A stretch of DNA of 32,000 bases from Erysipelothrix inopinata (GCF_014396165.1 NZ_CP060715.1:1860001-1892000), one strand, 5' to 3'; shown: positions 1 through 13,160, counted from the stretch's first letter. Notes: generated by a model not told the origin, from the sequence alone. Program-made: numbers and translations.

Positions 1-117
1 TTCCTACAGAGTGCATTTTTTGTTTAAATACAATTTTGATTGTTGAATTTAGAGCATTTGCACTCTTAGAGCGATACTTAACTATCTACGATACAAAACA
101 GGATAAGTGATATTTTT

Positions 118-750
118 TTAACAAAAATCGATTATTCGAACTTTTTCTTCGTAGTACTCGATTGTTGCGATATCATCGAGTGACGCTATCTTATGCTGAT
201 TCATAATTTCCTCAATATAGGACTCATCCTTACCAATTTGTTTTAAGTTCTCTGTATAAATCACTTTATCAACGACAAGAAGGATTGGAAATTTTTGGCT
301 TTCCTCCTTAGTAATCACGACAAGTTGCCCATTTTGTTCCAACTGAGCATGAAATATAGATTGGATATCCACTATTCCTTGGAGCCTCAACTTGAGATAC
401 AAATCAGATAAATTAATTTTAGCTTTCTCAACGCCGCTTCTTACAATTGCGCCATCTTCGATTACAGTAATTGTTGAACCATCCAGTGTTTTACGAAACC
501 AATTATTCTTCTTTCTTAAAAAATTAACGGAGAGCGAAATCACTGCCCACGACGTCATGACAAAAACAAAATCTAAAACAGTAATCGAACGTGAATATAA
601 AACACCTCCAATAATACCACCCAGAATATAGTTTTGAATTTGATCAATGGGTGACATTGGGGCTAAATTAGATTTCCCCGATATTTTCATTACCGCTACA
701 GCATAAACAACACCAATTACGAGTTTTAAAAAGACATTAAGATAATCCAT
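118..750 (-). CDS. DUF421 (YetF/YrbG-like) membrane protein
   Basis: Track ORF 118..777. N-terminus MDYLNVFLKLVIGVV...KISGK plus a soluble C-terminal domain resembles DUF421. Start trimmed to ATG 748-750 because AGGAGG (755-760, minus strand) sits just upstream. Confidence 0.7.
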   Translation of the reverse strand: MDYLNVFLKLVIGVVYAVAVMKISGKSNLAPMSPIDQIQNYILGGIIGGVLYSRSITVLDFVFVMTSWAVISLSVNFLRKKNNWFRKTLDGSTITVIEDGAIVRSGVEKAKINLSDLYLKLRLQGIVDIQSIFHAQLEQNGQLVVITKEESQKFPILLVVDKVIYTENLKQIGKDESYIEEIMNQHKIASLDDIATIEYYEEKVRIIDFC

Positions 751-802
751 AGTTCCTCCTAAAAAAAGACTGTCCAAACAAGGACAGCCTTAAAGTCATA
801 AA

Positions 803-1087
803 TTATTTCTTTTTGTTTTTGAAGTAATAGAGCAATCCAATAACTACAACTGCTACAATACCTGCAGTAATAAACATTGCTTTCCAAGATCCAAAGACTG
901 TTACAGCTAAGTAGTTTACGATAGCTAAGATAAGTCCTAGACCTCCAATAATAATATAAAAACTTTTTGGCTCAATCTTTAAAGTTTTAGAGATGAATTC
1001 TTTTTTACTCTGTGCAAAGTATCCCCCTACTAAAATTAAAGCTGTCACAACAATGATTAGCCAGTTCAAATCAAAGAACGTTCCCAT
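803..1087 (-). CDS. Small integral membrane protein (94 aa, 3 predicted TM, Lys-rich C-terminus), unknown function
   Basis: ORF with an ATG start preceded by AAGGAGAA. Strongly hydrophobic. No family recognised. Confidence 0.55.
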   Translation of the reverse strand: MGTFFDLNWLIIVVTALILVGGYFAQSKKEFISKTLKIEPKSFYIIIGGLGLILAIVNYLAVTVFGSWKAMFITAGIVAVVVIGLLYYFKNKKK

Positions 1088-1143
1088 ATGTTTTCTCCTT
1101 AGTTATTATTCTAATTCTATTTTAACTTTCATTATCACAAAAT

Positions 1144-2388
1144 TCAAGACATACTCTCGATAGGTTTGATTTCATCCATTTTGCGTTGCTCTCTCTTAAG
1201 TTCGCCTTTTTTCTCAATGGATTTTACGAAGGGATACCAGATCATCATTGATATTCCTAGGTTCACTACTACAAGTAATAAAGCACCCAAACTCTGTGTC
1301 ATCATCCATGCACTAATACCTATTGGCATGTACCACATACTAAAGGCTGTAGTTGGTGCAGGTGCGATTCCTATTTTCACAAACAGATACGTAATGATGG
1401 GCAATACTAACCCATTGATCCACATTGGTATCATCAAGGTAGGATTCCATATTACAATTCCAAATGATACAGGTTCGCTAATATTTAAGACACTAGGGAC
1501 GATAGAAGCCATTCCAAGAGTTTTGAGTGATTTGGATTTGGAGAAAAGTAACAAGAGTGTTAATCCAAGAGTAGCACCTTTCCCACCCAAATTAATATAA
1601 GCAATCCAAGTTTCATTGGTGAAAATATTTTGAGCTCCTGCAAGAGTATTCATAAGTATAGCTCCATTAAATACAGGATTTACAATCGGAGCCATAACCC
1701 AATTACTAATTCCCATAGAATAAAACACAACTGGTAAGAAACTCAAAATTACAAATCCAAAGAAAGTTTGAGCAATACTTTGAAGTGGCATTAACATGTT
1801 CACCATATACTTGTAGAGATCAAACTCTAAGAAAATAACAATAAACCATGCCGTAAATACAGCGACCAAGATTGGTAATACAGAATCGGTTCCATCAACC
1901 AGTGTCTCTGGAAAATTCTTAAAATATTTGGTTATCGTAAACTTTTCAAAAAGAATAAATATCTTAGCCGTAAATGTTCCCGCAATAATAGCGACAAACA
2001 TGCCTCCCGCACCGAAGTTAGAGAATTGGTAAACATGTCCCATCTCAGTAACAATGGGGTTTACTAAAATCATATAAATTGAGATTCCGGTACACCCTGC
2101 AATGTACTTATGACGCGAGTCATCCTTCAACATTAGCGTATAATAAGGAATCATATAAACCATGAATAGTGAAATTAAACCATACGTGTAAAGTCGAATA
2201 TCAGAAAGATCCAAAAGCCATGGTACATGGGCATATACCACCATGTATACTGAAATAACACTCCCAACAAAGATCATTGGCAGTGTTCTTAATTTTGCTT
2301 TATAGAGACCCTGAATCCAATAGTTTTCAGAGAGTCTATTCATGAGTGGTGACAGTTTAATCGTCACCCAGTCAATGAACCATTTCAT
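1144..2388 (-). CDS. PTS EIIC permease, lactose/cellobiose (type 3) family. Orphan: no EIIA/EIIB in the window.
   Basis: 414 aa polytopic protein. N-terminal pattern L-SPLMNRLSEN-WIQGL...LPMIFVGS is typical of EIIC type 3. AGGAGG lies 5 nt upstream of the ATG. Confidence 0.72.
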   Translation of the reverse strand: MKWFIDWVTIKLSPLMNRLSENYWIQGLYKAKLRTLPMIFVGSVISVYMVVYAHVPWLLDLSDIRLYTYGLISLFMVYMIPYYTLMLKDDSRHKYIAGCTGISIYMILVNPIVTEMGHVYQFSNFGAGGMFVAIIAGTFTAKIFILFEKFTITKYFKNFPETLVDGTDSVLPILVAVFTAWFIVIFLEFDLYKYMVNMLMPLQSIAQTFFGFVILSFLPVVFYSMGISNWVMAPIVNPVFNGAILMNTLAGAQNIFTNETWIAYINLGGKGATLGLTLLLLFSKSKSLKTLGMASIVPSVLNISEPVSFGIVIWNPTLMIPMWINGLVLPIITYLFVKIGIAPAPTTAFSMWYMPIGISAWMMTQSLGALLLVVVNLGISMMIWYPFVKSIEKKGELKREQRKMDEIKPIESMS

Positions 2389-2401
2389 AATGACCTCCTG
2401 A

Positions 2402-2432
2402 TAAAAAAAGCAAACAGTCGCAACTATTTGCT
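2402..2432 (-). terminator. Weak rho-independent terminator or attenuator between the hydrolase gene and the EIIC gene
   Basis: Stem AGCAAA/TTTGCT (2409-2414 / 2427-2432), 12-nt loop, and a run of 7 U on the minus strand (A-run 2402-2408). It directly abuts the EIIC SD. Confidence 0.35.
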
Positions 2433-2439
2433 TCTACGT

Positions 2440-3384
2440 TTAAACTTTAATGATTTCGTTTCCATCTAAATCAAAGTCATTCAGATTAACAACTTCAGTA
2501 TTTAGGCTATCATAAAGACGATAGTAGTATGTTTGGGTATTTGAAATCATATATGCTGTATATTGTGTATAATCAATTGTCTTACGTTGTGTTACAACAC
2601 TTCCTTTAGGAATATCCACATTATTAAGAATGTGGGATGCAGCAACAACGAGTTCTGCTTCATTCGCTGCTTTTTTAGTGCTTAGTTTTGAATAAAGTGC
2701 TTTAACAAAACGTGATGGTGGAGTAAGGTCTCCTGGAAGTCCGAAGGTTCCACTTCCTTGTCCAAACGCTTTAAAGTTTTCACCGTAAATTGTACGTGGC
2801 TCAACTTGTGCTGGATCAAGTCCAATATAACTTCTCACATTTGTTTTGTGCCAGCCGTAATCAGGACTGTTTGTAAGAACTCCCAGCTTATTTTCATAAA
2901 TCTTAATTCCATCTTCAAGAGGTTCTACGATAATTGAATTTCCTTCAATATCTTGGAATACCCAGTGAAGGGGTGGAATCATTCCTAAGAACTCTAGCTT
3001 TAGTTCAACAAGATGATGTGTTTGAAACACTTCTTTAACATCTTCAACTGTTTTACATTTTGCAAGCATCCACATGACGATATCATTAGGAGCAATTGAC
3101 TTTCCTTCAACTACTGTACTTTCGTAAGTTGCGTAACCTTCGAAATATAGAGCAGCGGCAGTAAGTCCATGTTCATTGATACCATCAGCAAGTGCAAAGA
3201 CACCAATGTTTTTAGAGAGACCTAGAAATGCATAATGATGTTCTAATGGTTCATTAAACGCAAAATTCAATTTGAAATTACGAGGATAAACCATCATTTC
3301 AGGATCGAGTGCAAACGAAAAGTCCATGGTTCGTGCCATAAGCACTGTATTATCACTACTTTTTAAAGTTATATTTGTACACAT
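2440..3384 (-). CDS. Choloylglycine hydrolase family Ntn-hydrolase (bile salt hydrolase / penicillin V acylase type)
   Basis: Starts MCTNITL (Cys2 nucleophile). Has Arg18 and Asp21 (ARTMDF), LTNSPDY, and GLPGD..PPSRF motifs. 314 aa. AAGGAG SD. Confidence 0.85.
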   Translation of the reverse strand: MCTNITLKSSDNTVLMARTMDFSFALDPEMMVYPRNFKLNFAFNEPLEHHYAFLGLSKNIGVFALADGINEHGLTAAALYFEGYATYESTVVEGKSIAPNDIVMWMLAKCKTVEDVKEVFQTHHLVELKLEFLGMIPPLHWVFQDIEGNSIIVEPLEDGIKIYENKLGVLTNSPDYGWHKTNVRSYIGLDPAQVEPRTIYGENFKAFGQGSGTFGLPGDLTPPSRFVKALYSKLSTKKAANEAELVVAASHILNNVDIPKGSVVTQRKTIDYTQYTAYMISNTQTYYYRLYDSLNTEVVNLNDFDLDGNEIIKV

Positions 3385-3398
3385 AAGCGTCTCCTTCT

Positions 3399-3917
3399 TT
3401 AAATTCCTTTAATCATTTTATTAATACCGGTACCAATAAATCCAATTCCAATTGCAACAACTAAAAACGATTCAGCAAGTGATGGATTAAACAACATATA
3501 GACACAGTAAGCAATCACCATAACATCAATTACGATTGTCAATAAACGTACCCATGTACGGGAAATGAATCGCGCAAATTGAAGTTGAAGTGCTGAATCC
3601 ATTAAAATCCAGAATATTAATAGGTAAGCAAGAATTGTTGTACTTTGAATGAAATCTCCAAACAGGAACATCAATCCTAACAATCCCACAAGAATCGCTT
3701 CAACTAATAAAATTGATCGTAATGTGAGAACTTCCGGGGTATTAAATGCAGCAATCAATAGCACAACACCCGAAATTGTCATTACCCATCCAATGACTAA
3801 TGAGATTGATGCTAGTGTCGTAACAGGATGATTCATAACCCAAAATCCGAATGCTACATATACAACTCCAAACAGTACTGTTCCAATTCGTTGCCACAGA
3901 GTTCTATCTTCTATCAT
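3399..3917 (-). CDS. HdeD/DUF308-family membrane protein
   Basis: Repeated hydrophobic DUF308-like segments (VLFGVVYVAFGFWVMNHP...). Start trimmed to ATG 3917 (MIEDRT), which is preceded by AAGGGGG. Only 14 nt separate it from the downstream hydrolase gene. Confidence 0.62.
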   Translation of the reverse strand: MIEDRTLWQRIGTVLFGVVYVAFGFWVMNHPVTTLASISLVIGWVMTISGVVLLIAAFNTPEVLTLRSILLVEAILVGLLGLMFLFGDFIQSTTILAYLLIFWILMDSALQLQFARFISRTWVRLLTIVIDVMVIAYCVYMLFNPSLAESFLVVAIGIGFIGTGINKMIKGI

Positions 3918-4061
3918 GACTCTGTCACCCCCTTTCTTACCTATTATAAAACACATTTTATTACTTGTGTGAAATATTCATAAAATTAGCACAAAAGTGC
4001 GCAAAAAAACTATCATTGGAAACAAGGTATGGTAAAATATTAATGAAAGGGAGAATTGATT

Positions 4062-4706
4062 ATGTTTAACAAAGAAAAACTTACTAAGAACTACGGGGCA
4101 ATTGTCATGATTGGTTTAGTAGGTACCTTAATTTCGAGTATTTTAAACTTTTTTATGGCTGGAACTTCAAGTTCGAATCATCCATTCATTTATCTGCTTT
4201 TAACACTTGCAAGTTTTGTTGTTACCTTCTTCTTTGCTGTATTCATTGAAACAGTAGCCATCCATGCATACCGTAATGATGATGCCATCACTATGGACAA
4301 CTTTAAAGCAGCATTTGAACATGTTAATTGGGGTACTGCATTAAAGATTAACTTCATTGCATCATTCCTCATTGCTATCGGTCTTCTATTATTTGTTATT
4401 CCTGGTATCTACTTGTCATTAGCATTTTCATTTATCGGATTTTTACTTTACGATGAAAAAGGACATAGTAATCTTATCAAACGAAGTATGGAACTAACAG
4501 ACGGATACAAGCTTAAGATCCTATTAGGAGGTATTGTTATTTCAATCCTTACGGGAGCTGTATCGAGTATCTTTGGTCTCTTTATTAAAGAACCAGCACT
4601 AATACGAACACTCGCAAGTCTTGTAACATTACTCGCACAACCAATCTATATCAACTATATTCTTGATATTTATATTGAGGCTTACGACCAAACTGTTGTC
4701 GAATAA
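4062..4706 (+). CDS. DUF975-like polytopic membrane protein
   Basis: Pattern VIPGIYLSLAFSFIGFLLYDE...SMELTDGYKLKILL resembles DUF975. ATG 4062 is preferred over TTG 4056 (GGGAGA SD 7 nt upstream). Confidence 0.5.
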   Translation: MFNKEKLTKNYGAIVMIGLVGTLISSILNFFMAGTSSSNHPFIYLLLTLASFVVTFFFAVFIETVAIHAYRNDDAITMDNFKAAFEHVNWGTALKINFIASFLIAIGLLLFVIPGIYLSLAFSFIGFLLYDEKGHSNLIKRSMELTDGYKLKILLGGIVISILTGAVSSIFGLFIKEPALIRTLASLVTLLAQPIYINYILDIYIEAYDQTVVE

Positions 4707-4724
4707 TCTGTTGGTAGAATAAGA

Positions 4725-4756
4725 AAGTCTAGGAATTAATCCTAGACTTTTTTTAT
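4725..4756. terminator. Bidirectional rho-independent terminator between convergent genes
   Basis: Perfect 10-bp stem AAGTCTAGGA / TCCTAGACTT (4725-4734 / 4740-4749), 5-nt loop, T-run on the plus side, A-rich 5' flank. Confidence 0.78.
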
Positions 4757-5772
4757 CGGCGGGTATTTAGAAATTCAATCAGACTTTCAAACATGACTTT
4801 AGATGGTTCTTGGGTTAAATCAAAGAAGTAATCATGATTAAGTTCGTAATTACTATCCGTCCAATAAACAGTAGTGACTGAGATTTCATTCTCTTTTAAT
4901 TTGTTTTCCATATCAAAAGATTGATATCTTAAAGGATCGGCATCCCCTACGGAAATAAAGGACTGAGGGAAATCCTGATTGACATGCTTAAGTGAAGATA
5001 ATTCATCAATTCGTTCGAATTTCTGATATCTCTTGGTTCCTGTGTAACTCCAAGCAAACATATCAAATCCTGGAAAACCTGCATCGCCCACGGTATCAAA
5101 ATTATAAACACCATTGAGAAGCAGCAATCCTTTTAGTTGGTTTGGCATAATAGTCTCAATAGATTTAAATTCATGTTCATAATCTGATTTATTGGTAATC
5201 ATAGAACCTAATTGGGCTGATATTTGTGCTCCGGCTGAATTACCGCCAACAAAAATTTTAGTATTATCGATTCCCAATGATTGCGCATTCTCATTCAGAT
5301 AATTCAAGCCTGCTATCGCTTGATAGATTGGTGTCGGATACTCGTATTTGGGAGCGAGTGAGTAGTCCAATGCCGCAACTGTATAACCACGAGAGGCTAT
5401 CAGTTTAGAATAGGATTTGAGTTGTGCTGCATCTCCAATAATCCATCCACCACCATGAATAAAATAAACTAGCGGTTTGAGGGTGTTATCACCATTATCA
5501 TAAATCGTAATTTTTGCATCAGGATAGCCTTCGACAGGAATCATAATCGGTTCATGTTCTACAATTGATTCCACATCGGTTTGATAATCACCCAGTTTCA
5601 CGACATCATTATTAAGTTTATTCAATGACTTAAACATCGTTGCAAATGGTTGCGGTGTGAATATGTTGGCTACATATAGTGATCCAAATATTAGTATGAT
5701 GACACCTAATAGTATTCCCATGACTTTCATTATTCTCCTTACTATCTTATTTTTACTATGTTCTTTGGCCAT
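4753..5772 (-). CDS. Membrane-anchored alpha/beta hydrolase (esterase/lipase, HGGG class)
   Basis: N-terminal TM anchor, oxyanion motif FIHGGGW, nucleophile elbow GNSAGA. Confidence 0.8.
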   Translation of the reverse strand: MAKEHSKNKIVRRIMKVMGILLGVIILIFGSLYVANIFTPQPFATMFKSLNKLNNDVVKLGDYQTDVESIVEHEPIMIPVEGYPDAKITIYDNGDNTLKPLVYFIHGGGWIIGDAAQLKSYSKLIASRGYTVAALDYSLAPKYEYPTPIYQAIAGLNYLNENAQSLGIDNTKIFVGGNSAGAQISAQLGSMITNKSDYEHEFKSIETIMPNQLKGLLLLNGVYNFDTVGDAGFPGFDMFAWSYTGTKRYQKFERIDELSSLKHVNQDFPQSFISVGDADPLRYQSFDMENKLKENEISVTTVYWTDSNYELNHDYFFDLTQEPSKVMFESLIEFLNTRR

Positions 5773-5856
5773 AAGTTCTTGCTCCTATTATGTATATGGC
5801 TAGCATAGACTAGTTTTATTAACTCATGGTAAACAAAATCTTGCAATACTAAACCA

Positions 5857-5902
5857 ACAAAAAATCCTGGTTTCGAGATATTTGCTCTCAAAAAACAGGA
5901 TT
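5857..5902 (-). terminator. Rho-independent terminator of clpB
   Basis: Long imperfect hairpin (AATCCTG 5863-5869 pairs with CAGGATT 5896-5902, extended by about 7 further pairs), followed on the minus strand by TTTTTTG. Confidence 0.6.
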
Positions 5903-5911
5903 TTATATTGA

Positions 5912-8458
5912 TTAGTTTAAGACTTGAGGTTTTTGAACGATAATAAATTCAGAACCTTCTGCATCGACCAACAATGTTGTATCATCGGCTACATCATCTT
6001 CGATGATGAGATAAGCAATGCGTGTTTCGATTTCACTTTGAATGAATCGTTTCATTGGTCGCGCACCAAATGTAACATCACTACCTTGAGCAACAATTAA
6101 TGCAAGTGCAGCATCAGTAACTTCAAGATTGAGATTGCGTCTTTGAAGTCGTTTGTTGAGTTCTTCCATGAATTTTCTAGCTATATCTGTAAGAACTGTA
6201 TCATTCAATGCATTAAAGATAATGATATCATCGATACGATTGATGAATTCTGGTTTGAAGTGATTTCTAACAGCATTCATATAGTGATCGTTTCGAGTGT
6301 TTAAATCTGTCTCAAATGCAAATTGGCTTCCTAAGTTTGAAGTCATGATGATGATCGTATTTTTAAAGTCTACGGTTACACCCTTACTATCAGTAATATG
6401 TCCGTCATCTAGAATTTGAAGTAGCACATTGAATACATCAGGGTGTGCTTTTTCAATCTCGTCAAGTAAGACAATTGAATACGGGTAGCGACGAACAGCT
6501 TCAGTGAGTTGGCCACCTTGTTCATATCCCACATATCCTGGAGGCGCACCGATGAGTCGTGACACACTGTGTTTCTCCATATATTCACTCATATCGATTC
6601 TAATGATACGATTTGAATCATCAAAGAGTTGACGTGCTAACACACGGGCAACTTCCGTCTTACCAACTCCGGTAGGTCCAAGGAACATAAAGGAACCTAA
6701 CGGTCTATTCTCATCTTGAATTTGTGCTTTTGAACGAAGAATTGCATTGGTGACCGCTTGAAGAGCATCATCTTGACCTTTTACATCTCGGCCTAATTCG
6801 GATTTAAGATTGAGTAGTTTTTCTCGTTCTGTTGCAACAAGTTTTGTGATATCAATTTGTGTCCATTTGGAAACAATTTCCGCAATTAATGATTCTGTGA
6901 CAACTTCTTGAATCATACCATCTGATTTTTCATTATCGATGCTCTCTTTAATTTTCTTTTCAAGAGCAGGAATTGTTTCATATTGAAGGCGAGCTGCTTC
7001 TTCATAGCGTGCTTCATTTTGAGCCTTTTCAAACTCAAGTTTTGCTTTTTCAAGTTCTTCTTTGGCACCTTTTACACCATCAAGTTGATTTTTTTCATTT
7101 TCCCATTTCGAATACATAGTTTGATACGTTTCTTTGAGATTGCTGAGCTCTTCTAGAATTTCATCCAGTCTTTCAAGTGTACGACTATCTGTTTCTTTCT
7201 TAAGTGCCATTTCTTCGATTTCGAGTTGACGAATTTTGCGATTCATCTCATCGAGTTCTTCTGGCATAGATTCCATTTCTACACGTATTGAAGCGCATGC
7301 CTCATCAATTAAATCTATCGCCTTATCTGGTAAGAATCGATCCGTAATATAACGGTCTGAAAGTTTGGATGCAGCAATGATGGCTTCATCAAGAATTTTA
7401 ACCCCATGATGCGATTCAAAGCGATCTTTTAAACCTCTTAGAATTGAAATTGTATCTTCAACTGTTGGTTCACTGACTGTGACACGTTGGAAACGACGTT
7501 CTAATGCAGCATCTTTTTCAATATGTTGACGATACTCATTAAAAGTTGTTGCACCAATCATATGGAGTTCACCCCGTGCAAGCATTGGTTTAAGTAAGTT
7601 CGCAGCATCCATGGAACCTTCCGTCTTGCCAGCACCTACTAAGTTATGAACTTCATCAATAAAGAGAATGATGTTACCATCCGAAGCCTGAACTTCATCA
7701 AGTACCGCTTTTAAACGTTCTTCAAATTCACCACGATATTTAGCACCTGCAATTAATGATCCCATATCAAGTTCAATTAACTGTTTATGCTTTAAGCTGA
7801 AAGGAACATCGCCACGCATGATTCGCCAAGCAAGTCCCTCTGCAATTGCAGTTTTACCAACGCCAGGTTCACCTATTAGGATTGGATTATTTTTAGTTTT
7901 ACGCGATAGTATTTGAATCACACGACGAATTTCTTCATCACGACCAATAATTGGATCAATTTTTCCATCTCGTACATCTTGGACCAAGTCACGACCATAT
8001 TTTAAAAGAGCATCAATTTGATTTTCTGCAGTCGGTGTATCAACGGTCATTCCTTTACGATGATCAAGCATTACTTCTTCAATTTTTTTAATGTTGAATT
8101 GTTGAAGTGCTGGGGTTACCTCCAAAATTGCGAGGAACAATGCATAAATAGAGATATAAGTATCTCCTTGTTTTTCTGCCCATTTTTGTGCTTTATCAAG
8201 TGCTTTTTGTACAGAGGAATCCATTCCCATTTGTGCACCTTGAACGCGTGGTAATTTTTGGAGTTCTTGATCTAGCACAGATTGAATATGTGTCTTAGAA
8301 ACTTCTGCTTCTTCTAAGATTAAATCTAAATCTTGCGAGTTTAAGATTGCTTTCGCAATATGGTAATTAGAAACAGCATTATTTTGCATTGATGTCGCAT
8401 AGTTGACTGCTTCCATTAATATTTGTTGCGCTTTTTCTGTTAAATTTTCGTAGTTCAT
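5912..8458 (-). CDS. clpB: ATP-dependent chaperone/disaggregase ClpB
   Basis: Two AAA+ modules (GEPGVGKT and GPTGVGKT Walker A) separated by a long coiled-coil middle domain. The track start GTG 8467 is part of the AGGAGGTG SD, so the start is set to ATG 8458 ([11 protein letters not shown]). Confidence 0.95.
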   Translation of the reverse strand: MNYENLTEKAQQILMEAVNYATSMQNNAVSNYHIAKAILNSQDLDLILEEAEVSKTHIQSVLDQELQKLPRVQGAQMGMDSSVQKALDKAQKWAEKQGDTYISIYALFLAILEVTPALQQFNIKKIEEVMLDHRKGMTVDTPTAENQIDALLKYGRDLVQDVRDGKIDPIIGRDEEIRRVIQILSRKTKNNPILIGEPGVGKTAIAEGLAWRIMRGDVPFSLKHKQLIELDMGSLIAGAKYRGEFEERLKAVLDEVQASDGNIILFIDEVHNLVGAGKTEGSMDAANLLKPMLARGELHMIGATTFNEYRQHIEKDAALERRFQRVTVSEPTVEDTISILRGLKDRFESHHGVKILDEAIIAASKLSDRYITDRFLPDKAIDLIDEACASIRVEMESMPEELDEMNRKIRQLEIEEMALKKETDSRTLERLDEILEELSNLKETYQTMYSKWENEKNQLDGVKGAKEELEKAKLEFEKAQNEARYEEAARLQYETIPALEKKIKESIDNEKSDGMIQEVVTESLIAEIVSKWTQIDITKLVATEREKLLNLKSELGRDVKGQDDALQAVTNAILRSKAQIQDENRPLGSFMFLGPTGVGKTEVARVLARQLFDDSNRIIRIDMSEYMEKHSVSRLIGAPPGYVGYEQGGQLTEAVRRYPYSIVLLDEIEKAHPDVFNVLLQILDDGHITDSKGVTVDFKNTIIIMTSNLGSQFAFETDLNTRNDHYMNAVRNHFKPEFINRIDDIIIFNALNDTVLTDIARKFMEELNKRLQRRNLNLEVTDAALALIVAQGSDVTFGARPMKRFIQSEIETRIAYLIIEDDVADDTTLLVDAEGSEFIIVQKPQVLN

Positions 8459-8473
8459 TCTGTTCACCTCCTA

Positions 8474-8500
8474 TTAGCAGTTGACTACTTAGAGTGCTAA
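8474..8500 (-). promoter_or_regulatory. CIRCE (HrcA operator) immediately upstream of the clpB SD
   Basis: Minus strand reads TTAGCACTC-TAAGTAGTC-AACTGCTAA against consensus TTAGCACTC-N9-GAGTGCTAA. Left arm 9/9, right arm 7/9. Confidence 0.72.
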
Positions 8501-8528
8501 TGCACTTGTTAAAGAAAAGTGATTTGCA

Positions 8529-9620
8529 TCACTTAAACGCCTTCTTAAAACGGTCAAAGACGGAATCACCTTTCACTTCTCTTAGTTCTTCATATTGTTC
8601 ACGTTCTGCACGTGATAATTTTGTTGGAACTTCAAGTTTTACTTCTACATATTGATCACCTAAGCGACCTGTTCTTAAATCTTTAACACCTTTTTCACGC
8701 AATCTAAATTTAGTATTTGGTTGCGTTCCAGCAGGCACTGTTAATTTCACATCACCATAAGCTGTAGGAACATCAATTTCCGTACCCAATGTCGCATCAA
8801 TAACTGATAACGGCACTTGAATATGAATATCATTACCTTCACGTCTAAAGTGTTTGTGAGTACCTACGATTATTTCGATAAATAGATCCCCATGAGGGCC
8901 ACCATTAATACCACGATCACCTTTACCAGCAACACGTAGTTGTTGACCAGTAACAATACCAGCAGGAATCTTAATATCTACATTCACTTTCTTAGTATTG
9001 TATCCTTTACCATGACACTCAGAACACTTCTTGGTAATTGTTTTACCTTTACCACCACAATCAGGGCATACTGTTTGTGATTGGAATGTACCAAATGGTG
9101 TTCTTTGTTGCGTTACAGTTTGACCTGTACCACCACATCGCGCACATGTTTTGATATCATCTTTGCTGTGTGCACCTGAACCATGGCATGTATGACACTC
9201 CTCATCGACATTAAGTTGAACCGTCTTTTCCGCACCAAAAATTGATTCCATAAAATCAATTTTCATGCTCATAAAACGATCTTGACCTTGTTGAGGCGCG
9301 TTAGGATTACGGGATTGTCCACCGCCGCCGAAAAACGAGCTAAAGATATCGCCGAAATCATCGAAACCTCCGCTGAATCCACCAGCTCCACCATTTTGGT
9401 CGAATGCTGCGTGACCGAATTGGTCATAAGTGCCACGTTTTTGTGAATCACTTAATACATCGTAAGCTTCCTGTACTTCTTTAAACTTAGCTTCAGCACC
9501 ATCCTCTTTGTTAACATCAGGATGGTACTTTTTAGCTAAGGAACGATACGCTTTCTTAATTTCAGCATCGGTGGCAGATTTACTGACTCCTAATACTTCA
9601 TAATAATCTTTTTTTGCCAT
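8529..9620 (-). CDS. dnaJ: Co-chaperone DnaJ
   Basis: J-domain with HPD (KKYHPDVN), G/F-rich linker, four CxxCxGxG zinc-finger repeats. Confidence 0.96.
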   Translation of the reverse strand: MAKKDYYEVLGVSKSATDAEIKKAYRSLAKKYHPDVNKEDGAEAKFKEVQEAYDVLSDSQKRGTYDQFGHAAFDQNGGAGGFSGGFDDFGDIFSSFFGGGGQSRNPNAPQQGQDRFMSMKIDFMESIFGAEKTVQLNVDEECHTCHGSGAHSKDDIKTCARCGGTGQTVTQQRTPFGTFQSQTVCPDCGGKGKTITKKCSECHGKGYNTKKVNVDIKIPAGIVTGQQLRVAGKGDRGINGGPHGDLFIEIIVGTHKHFRREGNDIHIQVPLSVIDATLGTEIDVPTAYGDVKLTVPAGTQPNTKFRLREKGVKDLRTGRLGDQYVEVKLEVPTKLSRAEREQYEELREVKGDSVFDRFKKAFK

Positions 9621-9641
9621 AATCTACCTCCGCTAAAGCAA

Positions 9642-11992
<2,351 letters not shown>

Positions 11993-12015
<23 letters not shown>

Positions 12016-13030
12016 CCTGACCACCTTTCCCATATACTTCTTCAACCATCTCTGAAACATAGTTCATGAGTGATACGACACGACCATATTCCATACGGCT
12101 CGGTCCCACAACCATTAATTGATGTTCTTCATCATCAATCGTTGTTAATTTACTGGATACAACAGCCATATCATCAAGCCAGATCATTTCACTATGTTCA
12201 CTGGATTGTAATGGTGTATGTTTATGGCCTTCAGAAATTTCACGCCATAACTGACTGTTTTCTAGCATATCCATCAATTGTCTTAATTTACCTATATTCT
12301 CAAACTCAGGTTGATACAACATGTTCTTCTCACCACTGAGATAGACTTCATCTTGAGCAAACTTAACGAATGCATTTACGAATGCCTCAAACAATGCTTC
12401 ATACTGTACAAGTCTTGCGGATAAGATAGGTCTTAAACCTTCCATCTTATCAACGATTTCTGAAAGCACTGTTCCTTTAAGACGCTCATTTAAGATTGAA
12501 GTACATGACTCAATATCCTCAACGGTAACTTCTGTTTCAAAGTTGAAGATACGATGCTCTGCATGACCTGTTTCAGTTACAAAGACTGCCATTGCACTTA
12601 ACTCGTTTAATGGAATCAATTGTACTGAACGAAGTTTTTCATCCATAGCACTTGGTCCTAAGACAACCGTTGTTAATTTCGTCATTTGAGATATGATATC
12701 ACCACTCTGACGGATTGCTTCTTCAATACCCAAACGTCGATCCGAGAAAATTTGAGCAATGGCTAATTCAACAGCCTGATTGCTTTCATCTTCCATGAGA
12801 TGTTCAACATAGAATTGATATCCTTTTGTTGAAGGAACACGACCACTCGATGTGTGTGTTTTCTCAAGAAGCCCAATTTTTTCCAAGTCCGACATTTCAT
12901 TTCTTATCGTTGCAGACGAGTAAGGTAAATTGAATTTATCAATTAACGTCTTTGAACCAACCGGTTCAGCAGTATTAATAAACTCTTGAACAATCGCTTT
13001 AAATATCTCTATTTTGCGCGGTGTCAACAT
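11993..13030 (-). CDS. hrcA: Heat-inducible transcription repressor HrcA
   Basis: N-terminal winged-helix MLTPRKIEIFKAIVQEF..EPVGSK. Located upstream of grpE-dnaK-dnaJ. ATG 13030 is preferred because AGGAGG lies 9 nt upstream, inside the longer track ORF. Confidence 0.92.
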
Positions 13031-13074
13031 AGTTTCTCGCCTCCTAGAAAGCACCATTTTCTGTGCCTAATAGT

Positions 13075-13103
13075 ATTGTATAATAATCGTTTAGCACTGT
13101 CAA
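13075..13103 (-). promoter_or_regulatory. Sigma-A type promoter of the hrcA operon
   Basis: Minus strand reads TTGACA (13103-13098), 17 nt, TACAAT (13080-13075). The -35 box lies inside the CIRCE spacer. Confidence 0.65.
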
Positions 13104-13117
13104 GGGTTTAGTGCTAA
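13091..13117 (-). promoter_or_regulatory. CIRCE (HrcA operator) overlapping the hrcA promoter
   Basis: TTAGCACTA-AACCCTTGA-CAGTGCTAA, 8/9 match in each arm to TTAGCACTC-N9-GAGTGCTAA. Confidence 0.85.
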
Positions 13118-13160
13118 AAGTGAAAAATTATCTTCTATTCACAACTCAATCGACTTCCAC

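Noticed and set aside
1-117. 8-bp inverted repeat AGAGTGCA (8-15) / TGCACTCT (59-66), direct repeat TTAGAGC (48-54 and 66-72), and the AGAGTGCATTTTTT motif at the window edge
   Set aside because: It could be the 3' half of a terminator for an off-window plus-strand gene. The partner arm and gene context are outside the window, and the 43-nt loop is too large for a confident call.
1166-1600. 144-aa ORF on the plus strand, antisense to the EIIC gene
   Set aside because: It lies entirely within a well-supported minus-strand CDS and has no SD. Its composition is typical of a shadow frame in AT-rich DNA.
3986-4000. TTAGCAC-AAAA-GTGC, which resembles a CIRCE half-site
   Set aside because: Only one arm is present, with a 4-nt spacer and a 4-bp complement. 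This does not meet the 9-N9-9 CIRCE architecture.
8459-8467. Track start of clpB at 8467 (and similar N-terminal extensions at 777, 3956, 4056, 12060, 13057, 14183, 14602, 14658, 29676)
   Set aside because: The upstream start codons overlap or precede the SD that serves the next in-frame ATG. In the clpB case the GTG is part of AGGAGGTG. The trimmed N-termini match the usual family N-termini.
8468-8528. Looked for a CtsR operator (tandem GGTCAAA repeats) upstream of clpB
   Set aside because: No such direct repeat is present. Only the CIRCE-like inverted repeat is found.
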